Shown here: positions 44,912 through 55,563 of the stretch, one piece after another
Position numbering within the stretch: the stretch's first letter is position 1
Layout: the number at the start of each line of letters is the position of its first letter
Assembly: GCA_018821925.1 (NCBI GenBank)
Contig: JAHJLF010000030.1
Span: 5,851-69,850, forward strand
DNA from: Candidatus Edwardsbacteria bacterium
GTDB taxonomy: Bacteria > Edwardsbacteria > AC1 > EtOH8
Length of the DNA: 64,000 nt
Direction: 5' to 3'
Translations under genes and position numbers: made by a program
The notes under the pieces: model-generated
The model's input: the letters and a program-made list of their open reading frames with translations, nothing else
Told to the model about the DNA's origin: nothing
The model's database searches: none

Positions 44912-45979
44912 ATGAAACGAAAATTAACATATATATTAGTAATTGCCATAGCTTCCGCGGGGATAGCATCAGGGCAAGATAGCTTGGCGTCGGTTGTTTC
45001 CGGAAACACAATCACGTCCAACAAAAAAGATACAATTCTAACTACGGAATTGATGTTATGGAGTAACTTGGGGGGCCTAAACGACAGTTTATTAGATATA
45101 GCATGGTATCAAAATGTATCTGACATAATAGGTATTTATCATGAGCAAGATACGATTAATTATTTTACGGGTGGTAACTTTGATAGAAAAACCGGCCAAA
45201 TAATACTGGGTAATAAATATCCCTTTTACCGCAAGGAACCAGTAAAATTAGTTTACCAATACAGGTATGATTCAACTAATGTGTTAAACTGGTATGGTGG
45301 GGTTTCCTGTAATGTTGGGTTTGGTAAATATATACGGTGTTATTTGCCAGAGGCGCACAGTGGCGAAAAAAATCTTACACCATATTTATCTTTTATAGAA
45401 GCTAATATTTGTGTTGGAAAGAAATCTTTTTCCACTTCACTTGGTATCGCATACAGCTCAAATAGTTTATTAGGGCTTACGGGGCCAGACACTATCGAAA
45501 ACAGTAACGAAAAAATCGCACCCTATGTGCTTATTGATTTTACCATCCCGTTGTTGATTCATTATCGTTTACCAATTACTGAAAATCTATATTTATGTCC
45601 CGAAATCGGTTGTACCTATCTTGGGTTTAAAGATGAATACCGAGCGTATGATAAATTAACTACTATTGAAACTGTAAATATCAATGAGAACAAAAAAACG
45701 TTAAGTCCACAATTTGGATGTAACGTGAAACTATTAACGCCGATCCGTTTGTGGAATTGGAGAGGGCAAAAATCGCATCTTTTCGTTAGTGGCAAATACG
45801 ATTATATAACAGCTTTCAGCGGCATTCATAATTTTGATCTCAACATTGGTCAATATACCTTAGCAAGCTTGCCGTTTTGGAGCAAGGGCGAATTTTCCTT
45901 TGTATTTCAACAAAGTCAAAGCGATTGGTTTTTATCGCGTCATTATGGTGTTGCATTAACTGTCATGACCAACAAATAA
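44912..45979 (+). CDS. AT-rich secreted hypothetical protein, possibly beta-barrel
   Basis: Signal peptide; aromatic-rich alternating segments; low GC. Confidence 0.6.
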   Translation: MKRKLTYILVIAIASAGIASGQDSLASVVSGNTITSNKKDTILTTELMLWSNLGGLNDSLLDIAWYQNVSDIIGIYHEQDTINYFTGGNFDRKTGQIILGNKYPFYRKEPVKLVYQYRYDSTNVLNWYGGVSCNVGFGKYIRCYLPEAHSGEKNLTPYLSFIEANICVGKKSFSTSLGIAYSSNSLLGLTGPDTIENSNEKIAPYVLIDFTIPLLIHYRLPITENLYLCPEIGCTYLGFKDEYRAYDKLTTIETVNINENKKTLSPQFGCNVKLLTPIRLWNWRGQKSHLFVSGKYDYITAFSGIHNFDLNIGQYTLASLPFWSKGEFSFVFQQSQSDWFLSRHYGVALTVMTNK

Positions 45980-46061
45980 AATAACTTGGCGTTCTTCGCG
46001 TCACTTCGGTAAACTCAGCGCATCGCTTTGCGGCAAAATAATTTTTCAGGAGCACAAATAA

Positions 46062-47861
46062 TTGTCCCAAGCTAACATTAGAAATTTCTGCATAATCGCC
46101 CATATAGACCATGGGAAATCCACCCTGGCCGACCGTCTATTGGAGACCACCGGGTCCATCATGAAGAAGGACATGCAGGAGCAGGTGCTGGACAGCATGG
46201 ACCTGGAGCGGGAGCGGGGCATCACCATCAAGATGCATCCGGTCAAGATGAACTACCGCTCCCCCAGCGGACAGGATTATATCTTCAACCTGATAGACAC
46301 TCCGGGCCACGTGGATTTCGGCTACGAGGTTTCCCGTTCCCTGGCGGCCTGCGAGGGCGCCATCCTGGTGGTGGATGCTACCCAGGGGGTGGAGGCCCAA
46401 ACGGTAGCCAACCTCTACCAGGCGGTCAACCACAACCTGACCATCATCCCGGTCATCAATAAGATAGACCTGCCCTCGGCCGAGGTGGAGCGTAGTAAAC
46501 AGCAGATCATCGAACTAATTGGATGCGACGACGAGGACATATTATTGGTCAGCGCCAAGACAGGCCTGGGCATCGACAAACTGCTGCAGGTGATCATCGA
46601 AAAGATCCCGGCGCCCTCCGGGAAAACCGAGGGGCCGCCCCGGGCCATGATCTTCGACTGCATCTTCGACGTCTACCGCGGGGCGGTGCCGTACATCCGG
46701 ATGGTAGAGGGCAGTTTGAAGAAGGGCATGCAGATCAAGCTGTTCTCCAACGAAAAGATCTTCGAGGTCACCGAGGTGGGGACCCTCAAGCTGGGCATGT
46801 ATCCCAAGGATATATTGCTGACCGGCGAGGTGGGCTACGTGGTGGCCGGCATCAGGACCGTCTCCGACGCCCGGGTGGGCGACACCATCACCGACGCCGA
46901 ACATCCGGCCCAAGGCCCCTTGCCGGGCTACAAGCAGGTCAAGCCCATGGTCTACGCCGGGCTGTATCCCACCGAGAACCAGCAGTATCCCGAACTGCGG
47001 GAGGCCCTGGAAAAACTGGTGCTCAACGACTCGGCCCTGTCCTACATCCCCGAGACCTCGGGGGCCCTGGGCTTCGGTTTCCGCTGCGGGTTTTTGGGCA
47101 TGCTGCACATGGAGATCGTCCAGGAGCGCCTGGAGCGGGAATACAATCTTTCCCTGATCAACACCGTGCCCAACGTGGAGTACAAGGTCTACAAGACCGA
47201 CGGAACCGTCCTGCAGGTGGACAACCCGGCCGAGATGCCCTCCGAGGTCAGCATTGAAAAGGTGGAGGAGCCGTATGTGGCCGCCGAGATCGTGGTGCCG
47301 GCCGAGTTCATTGGCAACATCATGAAGCTGGGGCAGGACCGGCGGGGCATCTATAAAAAACTGGAATACCTGGATCCCACTAGAGGGATACTGTTCTACG
47401 AGTTTCCGCTGGCCGAGATCATCTTCGATTTTTACGATAAACTCAAAAGTCTCTCCAAGGGCTATGCCTCGTTGGACTACGAGATGCTGGAATACCGCCA
47501 GTCCGAGCTGGTCAAGCTGGATATCCTGATCAACGGGGATCCGCTGGACGCGCTGTCCTCCATCGTCCACAAGCAGCACTCCTTCGAATGGGGCAAGACC
47601 CTGGTGGGGAAGCTGCGCAAGCTGATACCGAGACAGCAGTACGAGATCGCCATCCAGGCCGCCATCGGCAGCCGGATCATCGCCCGGGAGTCGGTCAAGG
47701 CTTACCGCAAGAACGTCACCGCCAAGTGCTACGGCGGGGACATCACCCGCAAGCGGAAACTGCTGGAGAAACAGAAGGAGGGCAAGAAGCGGATGAAGCA
47801 GGTGGGCAACGTGGAGATCCCCCAGGAGGCCTTCCTGGCGGTTTTAAAAGTGGGGGACTAA
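46062..47861 (+). CDS. lepA: Elongation factor 4
   Basis: [49 protein letters not shown]. Confidence 0.99.
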   Translation: MSQANIRNFCIIAHIDHGKSTLADRLLETTGSIMKKDMQEQVLDSMDLERERGITIKMHPVKMNYRSPSGQDYIFNLIDTPGHVDFGYEVSRSLAACEGAILVVDATQGVEAQTVANLYQAVNHNLTIIPVINKIDLPSAEVERSKQQIIELIGCDDEDILLVSAKTGLGIDKLLQVIIEKIPAPSGKTEGPPRAMIFDCIFDVYRGAVPYIRMVEGSLKKGMQIKLFSNEKIFEVTEVGTLKLGMYPKDILLTGEVGYVVAGIRTVSDARVGDTITDAEHPAQGPLPGYKQVKPMVYAGLYPTENQQYPELREALEKLVLNDSALSYIPETSGALGFGFRCGFLGMLHMEIVQERLEREYNLSLINTVPNVEYKVYKTDGTVLQVDNPAEMPSEVSIEKVEEPYVAAEIVVPAEFIGNIMKLGQDRRGIYKKLEYLDPTRGILFYEFPLAEIIFDFYDKLKSLSKGYASLDYEMLEYRQSELVKLDILINGDPLDALSSIVHKQHSFEWGKTLVGKLRKLIPRQQYEIAIQAAIGSRIIARESVKAYRKNVTAKCYGGDITRKRKLLEKQKEGKKRMKQVGNVEIPQEAFLAVLKVGD

Positions 47862-47980
47862 CGGGGAATAGATGATAGGGAATGGATTATGGGGTTAGAT
47901 ATTTGGTGTTATTGAGAGCGATCAATATCTTTGTGTGTTCTGTGCCTTTTGTGGCAAAATAAAAAGCAAACTATAATATT

Positions 47981-48694
47981 TTGAATGATATGAATAACAA
48001 ATCTTTTAAAAAATTCTGGCACGACTGGCTGTGGCCGCTGCTGTTTGCGGTGATCGTGGTCAAATTCATCATCAACCCCTTTCTGCTGGAGGCCTACGAG
48101 GTGCCCACCGGCTCCATGGAGAAGACCATCCTGCCGGGCGACCGGCTGTTCGCTGAGAAATTCACCTACGGCCTCCACATCCCCTTTACCGATAAGACAG
48201 TGCTTTCGATGACCTCGCCCAGGCCGGGACAGATGGTGATCTTCCGCAGCCCCTACGACGGACTGACCCTAGTCAAGCGCTGTATCGGCCTGCCCGGCGA
48301 CACTATCGAGGTGAAGAACAAGGATCTCTACCTGAACGGCAAAAAGATGGAACAAAAGTTCGTCCAGCATACCGATCCCGAGGAATATCCGTTCCCGCAG
48401 GTCTTCATCAACCCACGAACGATCCAGGGAGACTGGGAAAGCGGACGAAACTCCGACCGCTACTGGGTGCGCGACAACTTCGGGCCGATAGTCGTTCCGC
48501 CGGACTGCTACTTCATGATGGGCGACAATCGCGACGAATCATTCGATTCCCGTTACTGGGGGCCGCTGCCCAAAAAGAACATCCGGGGGAGGGTGATGTT
48601 CATCTACTGGTCGTGGGACAAGCAGTCCGACATTCCGCTAGGTAAATTCTGGCAGCGGTTCAGGCTGAACCGCATAGGCAAGATACTGAGCTAA
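47981..48694 (+). CDS. lepB: Signal peptidase I (copy 1)
   Basis: PTGSMEKT (Ser), VKRCIG (Lys), GDNRDESFDSRYWG. Confidence 0.95.
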   Translation: MNDMNNKSFKKFWHDWLWPLLFAVIVVKFIINPFLLEAYEVPTGSMEKTILPGDRLFAEKFTYGLHIPFTDKTVLSMTSPRPGQMVIFRSPYDGLTLVKRCIGLPGDTIEVKNKDLYLNGKKMEQKFVQHTDPEEYPFPQVFINPRTIQGDWESGRNSDRYWVRDNFGPIVVPPDCYFMMGDNRDESFDSRYWGPLPKKNIRGRVMFIYWSWDKQSDIPLGKFWQRFRLNRIGKILS

Positions 48695-48728
48695 AAAATA
48701 TTTAAAAATAAAAAACCAAAAATATAAC

Positions 48729-49448
48729 ATGCTGAAAGCTCACAATAACCGCAAGAAGTCCTGGTACCGGGACTGGGCGGAGTCCATAATCTGGGCGGCG
48801 GTGATGGCTCTGATTATCCGTAGTCTATTGATCCAGGCCTTCAAGATACCATCCGGCTCCATGGAGGACACCCTGCTGGTGGGGGATTTTCTGATGGTCA
48901 ACAAGTTCATCTACGGCACCAAGATCCCATTCACCGACCGGGTGATCCTGCCGGGCATCCGGCCGCCGGAGCCCGGCGATATCGTGGTGTTCAAATACCC
49001 GCTGGACGGGCGCGATTTCATCAAGCGCTGCGTGGCGGTGGAGGGCGACACCGTGGAGGTGATCGGCCAGGACCTCTATGTTAACGGCAAAAGGCCCGAT
49101 GAGCTCTATGCCGTCCACAAGGCCTGGGACAGCACCCAGAACAGGGACACAGTCAAGAATATCTGGAAGCCGGATTATCAGAAGGCCTGGGAGGAAAGAA
49201 AATTCGTCCAGCTGGGCTGGATGCGCGACAACTTCGGTCCGGTGGTGATTCCGCCGGGGAACATCTTCGCCATGGGCGACAACCGGGACAACTCGCTGGA
49301 TTCACGCTTCTGGGGTCCCCTGCCCAAGAATCTACTTAGGGGCCGGGCGCTGTTCATCTACTGGTCCTGGGATTCGGAGAACGGCGAGCCCTTCTGGATG
49401 TTCTGGAAGAATATCCGCTTTCCGCGGCTGGGCGATCTGATCAAGTAG
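48729..49448 (+). CDS. lepB: Signal peptidase I (copy 2)
   Basis: PSGSMEDT, IKRCVA, GDNRDNSLDSRFWG. Confidence 0.95.
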   Translation: MLKAHNNRKKSWYRDWAESIIWAAVMALIIRSLLIQAFKIPSGSMEDTLLVGDFLMVNKFIYGTKIPFTDRVILPGIRPPEPGDIVVFKYPLDGRDFIKRCVAVEGDTVEVIGQDLYVNGKRPDELYAVHKAWDSTQNRDTVKNIWKPDYQKAWEERKFVQLGWMRDNFGPVVIPPGNIFAMGDNRDNSLDSRFWGPLPKNLLRGRALFIYWSWDSENGEPFWMFWKNIRFPRLGDLIK

Positions 49449-49607
49449 GGGCTGCTAATACGCTTTTTTACCCACTAAACACACGAAAATAAAACCGGAA
49501 TACTATTATTTCCATAATCAAAAAAAATAATCACAGCGATGAAAAGACAGATCTGATCTCTCGGAGGCAAATCATTATTTGTGGCAGATCTTAGAAGAAA
49601 GGTTCTC

Positions 49608-50729
49608 ATGCCGGATGATATCATTATCAAGCAGGCGGTCAGTCGGGCGGATATTGATGATTTCATAAAGCTGCCATGGGGCATCTATCGAAACGACCCC
49701 TGCTGGGTGCCGCCGCTGATCGCCGAGCAGCGCAAGATGCTGGATACAGGGAAGAACGCCTTCTTTGAACATGCCCGGGCCGCCTACTTTCTGGCCCAGC
49801 GGAACGGCCAAAGCATCGGACGCATTTCCGCCCACATCGACGACAACAGTAATGATTTTCATAAAGAGAAATGCGGCTTCTTCGGTTTCTTTGAATGTAT
49901 AGATGACCAGAATGCCGTTCAGGCCCTGTTTACTGCTACCGGGAACTGGCTGAAAGAACAGGGCATGGACACCATTCGGGGCCCGTTCAACTTCACCACC
50001 AACGACACCGCCGGCCTGCTGATAGACGCCTTCGACTCCCCGCCGGTGATAGAAATGACCTACAACCCGCCCTATTATCCAAAACTTATCGAGGGATGCG
50101 GCCTGGTAAAAGCCATAGATTTTTATGCCTATTTCTTCGACGTGGAGAAGATGGATGGCCGGCGGGTAAGACTGCTGGCTGAGAGGGTGGAGAGGAAGGG
50201 GATCACCTTCCGGAGCATCGATAAAAAAAAGTTCGCCCAGGAGGTGAAGATATTCAAGGAGGTCTACAACCAGGCCTGGAGCCATAACTGGGGATTTGTT
50301 CCCCTGACCGAACACGAGATAGATCATTACGCCGAAAATTTCAAGGATATCGTGGACCCGGATTTCGTGATTTTCGCCTTCGATGGGCAGAAGCCGGTGG
50401 GCTCGCTGTGGGCCCTGCCGGATTACAATTACGTCATCAAAAAGCTGAACGGCAGGATGGGCCCGCTGGAGATGATAAAATTCCTGTGGCATAAAAGAAA
50501 GATCACCCACGCCAGGGTGCTGACCGCCGGTGTGGTTAGCGACTACCAGCACCGGGGGATAGAGGCCGGGCTGATCAGCCGGGTCTTTGAAAACGCCGTC
50601 AGAAAGGGCTTCAAGACAGGGGAGCTTTCCTGGGTGCTGGAGAATAACGTCATGATGAACCGGTTGGCCGAGGCGGTGGGGTCGAAGATCTACAAAACCT
50701 ACCGGGTATATGAGAAAAAGATAACCTGA
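49608..50729 (+). CDS. YghO/bCerS-like GNAT-fold acyltransferase
   Basis: FIKLPW..Y.NDPCWVPPL, GRISAHID, FGFFECIDD, RGPFNF, MTYNPPYY, ELSWVLENN. Start placed at ATG 49608. Confidence 0.75.
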   Translation: MPDDIIIKQAVSRADIDDFIKLPWGIYRNDPCWVPPLIAEQRKMLDTGKNAFFEHARAAYFLAQRNGQSIGRISAHIDDNSNDFHKEKCGFFGFFECIDDQNAVQALFTATGNWLKEQGMDTIRGPFNFTTNDTAGLLIDAFDSPPVIEMTYNPPYYPKLIEGCGLVKAIDFYAYFFDVEKMDGRRVRLLAERVERKGITFRSIDKKKFAQEVKIFKEVYNQAWSHNWGFVPLTEHEIDHYAENFKDIVDPDFVIFAFDGQKPVGSLWALPDYNYVIKKLNGRMGPLEMIKFLWHKRKITHARVLTAGVVSDYQHRGIEAGLISRVFENAVRKGFKTGELSWVLENNVMMNRLAEAVGSKIYKTYRVYEKKIT

Positions 50730-50737
50730 CTTGTAAA

Positions 50738-50811
50738 ACCCCTTCCCCGTCGGGGAAGGGCCTGCACTGAGGAGAATTTTATTTTACCTTGCGAAGTGGG
50801 CAGGGGTTAGG
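50738..50811. repeat. Composite palindrome (CCCTTCCCC/GGGGAAGGG with nested CTGAG..CGAAG unit)
   Basis: cccttccccgtcggggaagggcctgcactgagg...gcgaagtgggcaggggttagg. Confidence 0.6.
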
Positions 50812-50818
50812 TAATAAT

Positions 50819-50855
50819 AAAAGAGGCCGCCCTAATTCTGGGCGGCCTCTTTTTC
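50819..50855. terminator. Bidirectional intrinsic terminator
   Basis: AAAAGAGGCCGCC...GGCGGCCTCTTTTTT. Confidence 0.8.
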
Positions 50856-51722
50856 TTTGTCTTTCACCGGCAGGAAATGCGGGTTCCATAGCTCGGTGAT
50901 GATGATAGCCAGCGCGGCCAGCACGAACCCGGCGATGACGTCTATCACATAATGCAGCCTTAAGAAAACCGTGGCCATGATCAGCAATATCCCCACCGGC
51001 AGCATGAAGGCGAACAGTTTTTTGTGATGGGCGTGGGCGTAGTACAGCACTATCAGGGTTATGCCGGTATGGCCGGAGGGGAAGCAATCCCTTTTATTGA
51101 ATTCGTTGGCGGTCAGGAAATCCAGGATCTGGTTGCCCCAGAAAAGGCCCTTGACCGGGGCGGCTTGTTGGCCGGTCAGGGTAAAGCGCGGCCCGACGGC
51201 CGGCACCAGCAGGTATCCCACATAGGAGATGAAAAACCCGATAGTTACCGCCAGAAAAAGATGCTCCAACTCGTGGTGCTTTTGGTCGAAATGTAAAAAG
51301 ACGGCCAGAACCACCGGCAGAAAATAATAACTGGAATAAGCCAGGGCCAGCAAATCCACCATCCAGGGAAAGGTCATTCGCTCCAGCCAGACGGTGGGAT
51401 GAACCCCGAACATGGCGAAATCAATCTTTATTAGATAGCTGTCCAGGTCGGGCCGGATATACTGGGTAATATAGCCCAGGCTCTGGAAGACTGGCAGTAT
51501 CCCGGCGTAGGGCGCTAAATGGCGGAGGGTCTTGGTGAATTTATTGGGCCAGCGAGTATTCAGAAATATCACCAGAGCATAGGCCGCCAGGGTTAGTCCG
51601 TAGATGTAGAATATCTGCGGCCAACCTTTCAATTTTGGCAGGAAGATCAGGGTCAGCAAAGAAAGGCCCAGAATGAACCACAGATAGAGCCATTCTACTT
51701 TTTTTAGCTTGATGTCTTTCAT
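50832..51722 (-). CDS. PAP2-superfamily membrane enzyme (AUR1/IPC-synthase-like)
   Basis: Multi-TM; VPAVGPR, DCFPSGHT, HYVIDVIAG. Start placed at MKDIKL. Confidence 0.85.
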   Translation of the reverse strand: MKDIKLKKVEWLYLWFILGLSLLTLIFLPKLKGWPQIFYIYGLTLAAYALVIFLNTRWPNKFTKTLRHLAPYAGILPVFQSLGYITQYIRPDLDSYLIKIDFAMFGVHPTVWLERMTFPWMVDLLALAYSSYYFLPVVLAVFLHFDQKHHELEHLFLAVTIGFFISYVGYLLVPAVGPRFTLTGQQAAPVKGLFWGNQILDFLTANEFNKRDCFPSGHTGITLIVLYYAHAHHKKLFAFMLPVGILLIMATVFLRLHYVIDVIAGFVLAALAIIITELWNPHFLPVKDKEKEAAQN

Positions 51723-51764
51723 GAATGTAATTTTACCATAGATGTAATTATACGTCAATTGATT

Positions 51765-51819
51765 GACCCCACCCCTGCCCCTCCCCTAACGCATTAGGAG
51801 AGGGATAAAGGGTGGGGTC
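51765..51819. repeat. GACC..CCCT/AGGG palindrome family copy (full, both arms)
   Basis: gaccccacccctgcccctcccctaacgcattaggagagggataaagggtggggtc. Confidence 0.8.
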
Positions 51820-51829
51820 TTTAATTTAT

Positions 51830-53530
51830 TTACTCCTTGACTGCTTTGCCCCAGGATTCCTTCAACGGCACGGTGCGGTTGAGCACCAGCTTGCCTTCCC
51901 TGGAATCCGGGTCGACGCAGAAATATGCCAGACGTTCCAATTGTATAGCTTCCCCCGGCTTGACCTTGGCCAAGGCCGGTTCGCATTTGCAGGAGGGGAT
52001 GATTTTCAGCGAATCCGGATTTAGGTTGGCGGTAAAATCCTGCCCCTCCGGGGCATCGTCCGGATTCTCTTTGGTGAACAGCTTGTCATAAAGCCGGGCC
52101 TCGGCCTCAATGGCATGTTTGGCCGACACCCAGTGCAAAGTGGCCTTGACCTTGCGGCCATCCGGGGCATCGCCGCCCTTGGTGGCCGGGTCGTAGGTGC
52201 AGCGAAGTTCGGTGATGTTTCCCGAAGCATCCTTTATGGCCTCGGTGCAGGTGATGAAATAAGCCCAGCGTAGGCGCACCTCGCGGCCCGGCGACAGGCG
52301 GTAGAATTTCTTGTGCGGCTCCTCCATGAAATCGTCCCGCTCCAGATACAGCTCGCGGGAGAAAGGCACTTTGCGTTTTCCGGCCGAGGGATCCTCGGGG
52401 TTGTTGACCGCGTCCACTTCCTCACTCTGGCCCTCGGGATAATTGGTGATGACCACCTTGACAGGATTGAGTATCCCCATATATCGCGGCGCCCGCTTAT
52501 TAAGGTCCTCCCGAACATAATGCTCCAGCAGGGCATAATCCACCAGGCTGTCGCGCTTGGCCACCCCGATCCGCTCGCAGAAATTTTTGATGGCCAGCGA
52601 GGAGAAACCGCGGCGGCGCATCCCGGCCAGAGTGGAGAGCCGGGGATCATCATATCCTGTCACCTTTTTGGTCTTTACCATGTCGATGAATTTTCTCTTG
52701 CTCATCACCGTATAGGTCATATTAAGCCTGGCGAACTCTATCTGCCGGGGATGATAGATGCCCAGCTGGTCCAGGAACCAGTCGTATAGCGGACGATGGT
52801 CCTCGTATTCCAGCGAGCACAGCGAATGGGTGATGCCCTCGATGGAATCCTCCAGGCCGTGGGCCCAGTCGTACATGGGGTAGAGGCACCACTTGTCGCC
52901 CTGGCGGTGGTGAGGGGTGTGCAGAATGCGGTACATCACCGGGTCGCGCAGGTTCAGATTGGGGTGGGTCATGTCTATCTTGGCCCGCAAGGTCCTGGAG
53001 CCGTCGGGGAATTCCCCGGCCCTCATCCGGCGGAACAGGGCCAGGTTCTCGTCAACGCCACGGTCGCGATGGGGGCTGTTCTTTCCCGGCTCGGTCAGGG
53101 TTCCCCTGGTCTTGCTGACCTCCTCGGCCGCCAGGTCGCAGACGTAGCCTTTGCCTTTTTTGATGAGCTCCTCGGCCCATAGATACATCTGCTCGAAGTA
53201 GTCCGAGGCGAACAGCAGGCGGTCGCCGAAATCGGCCCCCAGCCATTTTACGTCTTCTATTATCGCGTCCACGAACTCCTGCTCCTCCCTGGCCGGGTTG
53301 GTGTCGTCGAAGCGCAGGTTGAAAAGCCCGTTGAATTCCAAAGCAATGCCGTAGTCTATCCAGATGGCCTTGGCATGGCCGATGTGGAGGTAGGCGTTGG
53401 GCTCCGGCGGGAAGCGGGTGTGAACCGATTTGAAGCGGCCGCTCTTAAGGTCCTCGGCCACGGCCTCGCGGATGAAATTGGTGGCGGCCGCGCCTTCAAT
53501 GGGGGTCTTGGTGTTTTCGGTGTTGTTCAT
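51830..53530 (-). CDS. glnS: Glutaminyl-tRNA synthetase
   Basis: [40 protein letters not shown]. Confidence 0.97.
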   Translation of the reverse strand: MNNTENTKTPIEGAAATNFIREAVAEDLKSGRFKSVHTRFPPEPNAYLHIGHAKAIWIDYGIALEFNGLFNLRFDDTNPAREEQEFVDAIIEDVKWLGADFGDRLLFASDYFEQMYLWAEELIKKGKGYVCDLAAEEVSKTRGTLTEPGKNSPHRDRGVDENLALFRRMRAGEFPDGSRTLRAKIDMTHPNLNLRDPVMYRILHTPHHRQGDKWCLYPMYDWAHGLEDSIEGITHSLCSLEYEDHRPLYDWFLDQLGIYHPRQIEFARLNMTYTVMSKRKFIDMVKTKKVTGYDDPRLSTLAGMRRRGFSSLAIKNFCERIGVAKRDSLVDYALLEHYVREDLNKRAPRYMGILNPVKVVITNYPEGQSEEVDAVNNPEDPSAGKRKVPFSRELYLERDDFMEEPHKKFYRLSPGREVRLRWAYFITCTEAIKDASGNITELRCTYDPATKGGDAPDGRKVKATLHWVSAKHAIEAEARLYDKLFTKENPDDAPEGQDFTANLNPDSLKIIPSCKCEPALAKVKPGEAIQLERLAYFCVDPDSREGKLVLNRTVPLKESWGKAVKE

Positions 53531-53550
53531 GTATCTATTTTATTAATTAG

Positions 53551-53868
53551 TTAAAAAAGGTTTGCCACTTTTGCTGTAGCGATAGCACCTATGATAGTAG
53601 CAAATGCTAATATTCCATTTAACCAAACAAGACGTTTACTTAATTTGGATGTGGAGTCATTGAAGGCTTTTATTTCTTGTCTTGTTTCGTTTAATTCTTT
53701 GGTAACGGCTTTAACATTACCGTTGACTTGATCAATAGCTTGATATATATCTATCGTGCATTTTGCAAAAACTGTCATTATTCCTTTTACTTCTCCAACT
53801 GCACTTGGGAAACAATTTGCGTTTTTTAATACCTCTTCGATATCACGTTCTCTTAAACTTTTATCCAT
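53551..53868 (-). CDS. AT-rich hypothetical protein (coiled coil + C-terminal TM)
   Basis: 105-aa ORF filling the gltX-glnS gap; low GC. Confidence 0.65.
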   Translation of the reverse strand: MDKSLRERDIEEVLKNANCFPSAVGEVKGIMTVFAKCTIDIYQAIDQVNGNVKAVTKELNETRQEIKAFNDSTSKLSKRLVWLNGILAFATIIGAIATAKVANLF

Positions 53869-53872
53869 AACA

Positions 53873-55327
53873 TCATCCTCCTAATTTATCAATACCTTTG
53901 GAAATTCGTCTCAAAGTCTCCTCTTTACCCAGCACTTCCGCCAGGTCAATGGCTCCGCCGGGGGAGCTTTCCTTGCCCGACAGGGCGGTGCGGATAGGCC
54001 ACAGCATCTGCCCGGTCTTCAGCCCCTGGGTCTCTATCAGCCCAAACAATGCATCATGTATTGTCTCGTGTTTCCAAATTTCCAAACTTCCCAGCACAGT
54101 CAGGGCCAGTTGTAATGACTCCAGCGAAACGGCCTGGTCAGTCTTCATCTTCTTGTTCACGTAAAGCGAAACATCGTATTCCGGCAGGGTGTCTATAAAA
54201 TCCACTATCCCGGGGATGTCGCTCAACACTTCGGTTCTTAACTGGACCAGCTTGCTGAGTTTTATAAAGTCGATATCGGTTCTTTTAATGGCTTTCTGAT
54301 AATAGGGCGTTGCCATCTGGTTGAACTGCTCGGGAGTCAGTTTACGGATATATTCGCCGTTCATCCATTTAAGTTTGTCGGGGTCGAAGATGGCCGGGGA
54401 ATTGTTCAGCCCCGATATATTGAATATCTTCTTCAATTCGTCCAGCGAAAAGATCTCCCGGTCGTCCTTGGAATTCCAGCCCAACAGGGCGATATAATTG
54501 ACGATGGCCTCGGCGAGATAGCCCTGGTGGTAAAAATCCTCGAAGGAGGCGTCGCCCTCCCGCTTGGAAAGCTTCTTCCCGGCAGACTTCATTATCAAAG
54601 GCAGATGAATGTAGGCCGGGATCTCCCAGCCCAGGGCCTGATAGATCAGGTTATATTTCGGCGCCGAGGACAGATATTCGCTGCCCCGGATGACGTGCGA
54701 TATCTGCATCAGGTGATCGTCCACCACGTTGGCAAAATTGTAGGTGGGCAGTCCGTCCGATTTTAAAAGAATTCCGTCCTCCAGGGTATCGTTCTCCACC
54801 GTCACCGAACCATAAACCATGTCATCGAAGGTGGTGCTCCCGCCGCGTGGTATTTTTTGCCGCACCACGCAGGGTTCGCCGGTAACCGCCCGCTTTTTGG
54901 CCTCGGCCGGATCAAGCTCCCGGCAGGGGTCCTGGAATTTGAAGACGGTCTCTTTGCCTTCGGCTTCCTTGCGCAGCGAGTCCAGTTTTTCCTTGCTGCA
55001 GAAGCAGTGATAGGCCCCGCCTTTGGCGATCAGCTTTTCGGCCCATTCCTTGTAAATGTCCTTGCGCTGGCTCTGGATGTACGGGCCGAACGGCCCGTCG
55101 ATATCCGGTCCCTCGTCGTGCTCCAGGCCCACTAATCTCAAAGTATTATAAATAACCTCGACCGATCCCTCCACCAGGCGCTCCTGGTCGGTATCCTCGA
55201 TCCGCAGGATGAACTTGCCGTTCATGGCCCGGGCGATAAGATAGGCGTACAGGGCGGTGCGCAAATTGCCGATATGCATGTAGCCGGTGGGGCTGGGGGC
55301 GAAGCGGGTTCTTACTGGTCCTGACAT
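53873..55327 (-). CDS. gltX: Glutamyl-tRNA synthetase
   Basis: RFAPSPTGYMHIGN, LRIEDTD, VIRGSEY, KKLSKR. Confidence 0.97.
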   Translation of the reverse strand: MSGPVRTRFAPSPTGYMHIGNLRTALYAYLIARAMNGKFILRIEDTDQERLVEGSVEVIYNTLRLVGLEHDEGPDIDGPFGPYIQSQRKDIYKEWAEKLIAKGGAYHCFCSKEKLDSLRKEAEGKETVFKFQDPCRELDPAEAKKRAVTGEPCVVRQKIPRGGSTTFDDMVYGSVTVENDTLEDGILLKSDGLPTYNFANVVDDHLMQISHVIRGSEYLSSAPKYNLIYQALGWEIPAYIHLPLIMKSAGKKLSKREGDASFEDFYHQGYLAEAIVNYIALLGWNSKDDREIFSLDELKKIFNISGLNNSPAIFDPDKLKWMNGEYIRKLTPEQFNQMATPYYQKAIKRTDIDFIKLSKLVQLRTEVLSDIPGIVDFIDTLPEYDVSLYVNKKMKTDQAVSLESLQLALTVLGSLEIWKHETIHDALFGLIETQGLKTGQMLWPIRTALSGKESSPGGAIDLAEVLGKEETLRRISKGIDKLGG

Positions 55328-55414
55328 AATATGAATGAACTCTTTCTTGTCTGAAAATTTATTTTGGTTTATAGTTTATCAACCTGAACGATCAATTGCA
55401 ATCAGCCGTTTTTC

Positions 55415-55516
55415 GTCATTCCTGAGAAAGCAGGAATCCATATCCTTAGTTAGATTCCCTCCGGAGTTTACCCCTGGATGCCTGCCTGCGCAGGCATGAC
55501 AGGGATCGGGAATGAC
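55415..55516. repeat. Nested REP-like element
   Basis: GTCATTCCTG..CAGGAATCCA outer unit, CCGGAGTTTACCCC insert, inner TGGATGCCTGCCTGCGCAGGCATGAC, ending GGGAATGAC. Confidence 0.7.
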
Positions 55517-55563
55517 AATATAAAAGAAATCTGCCATAGAAAAGTAGGACCAGATAGGTTCGG

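Noticed and set aside
47920-47960. Short CTTTGTG/CTCTGCG-type repeats (also near 21540, 28535, 45990, 56080)
   Set aside because: Too short and degenerate to define a family by eye; probably decayed palindromic elements.
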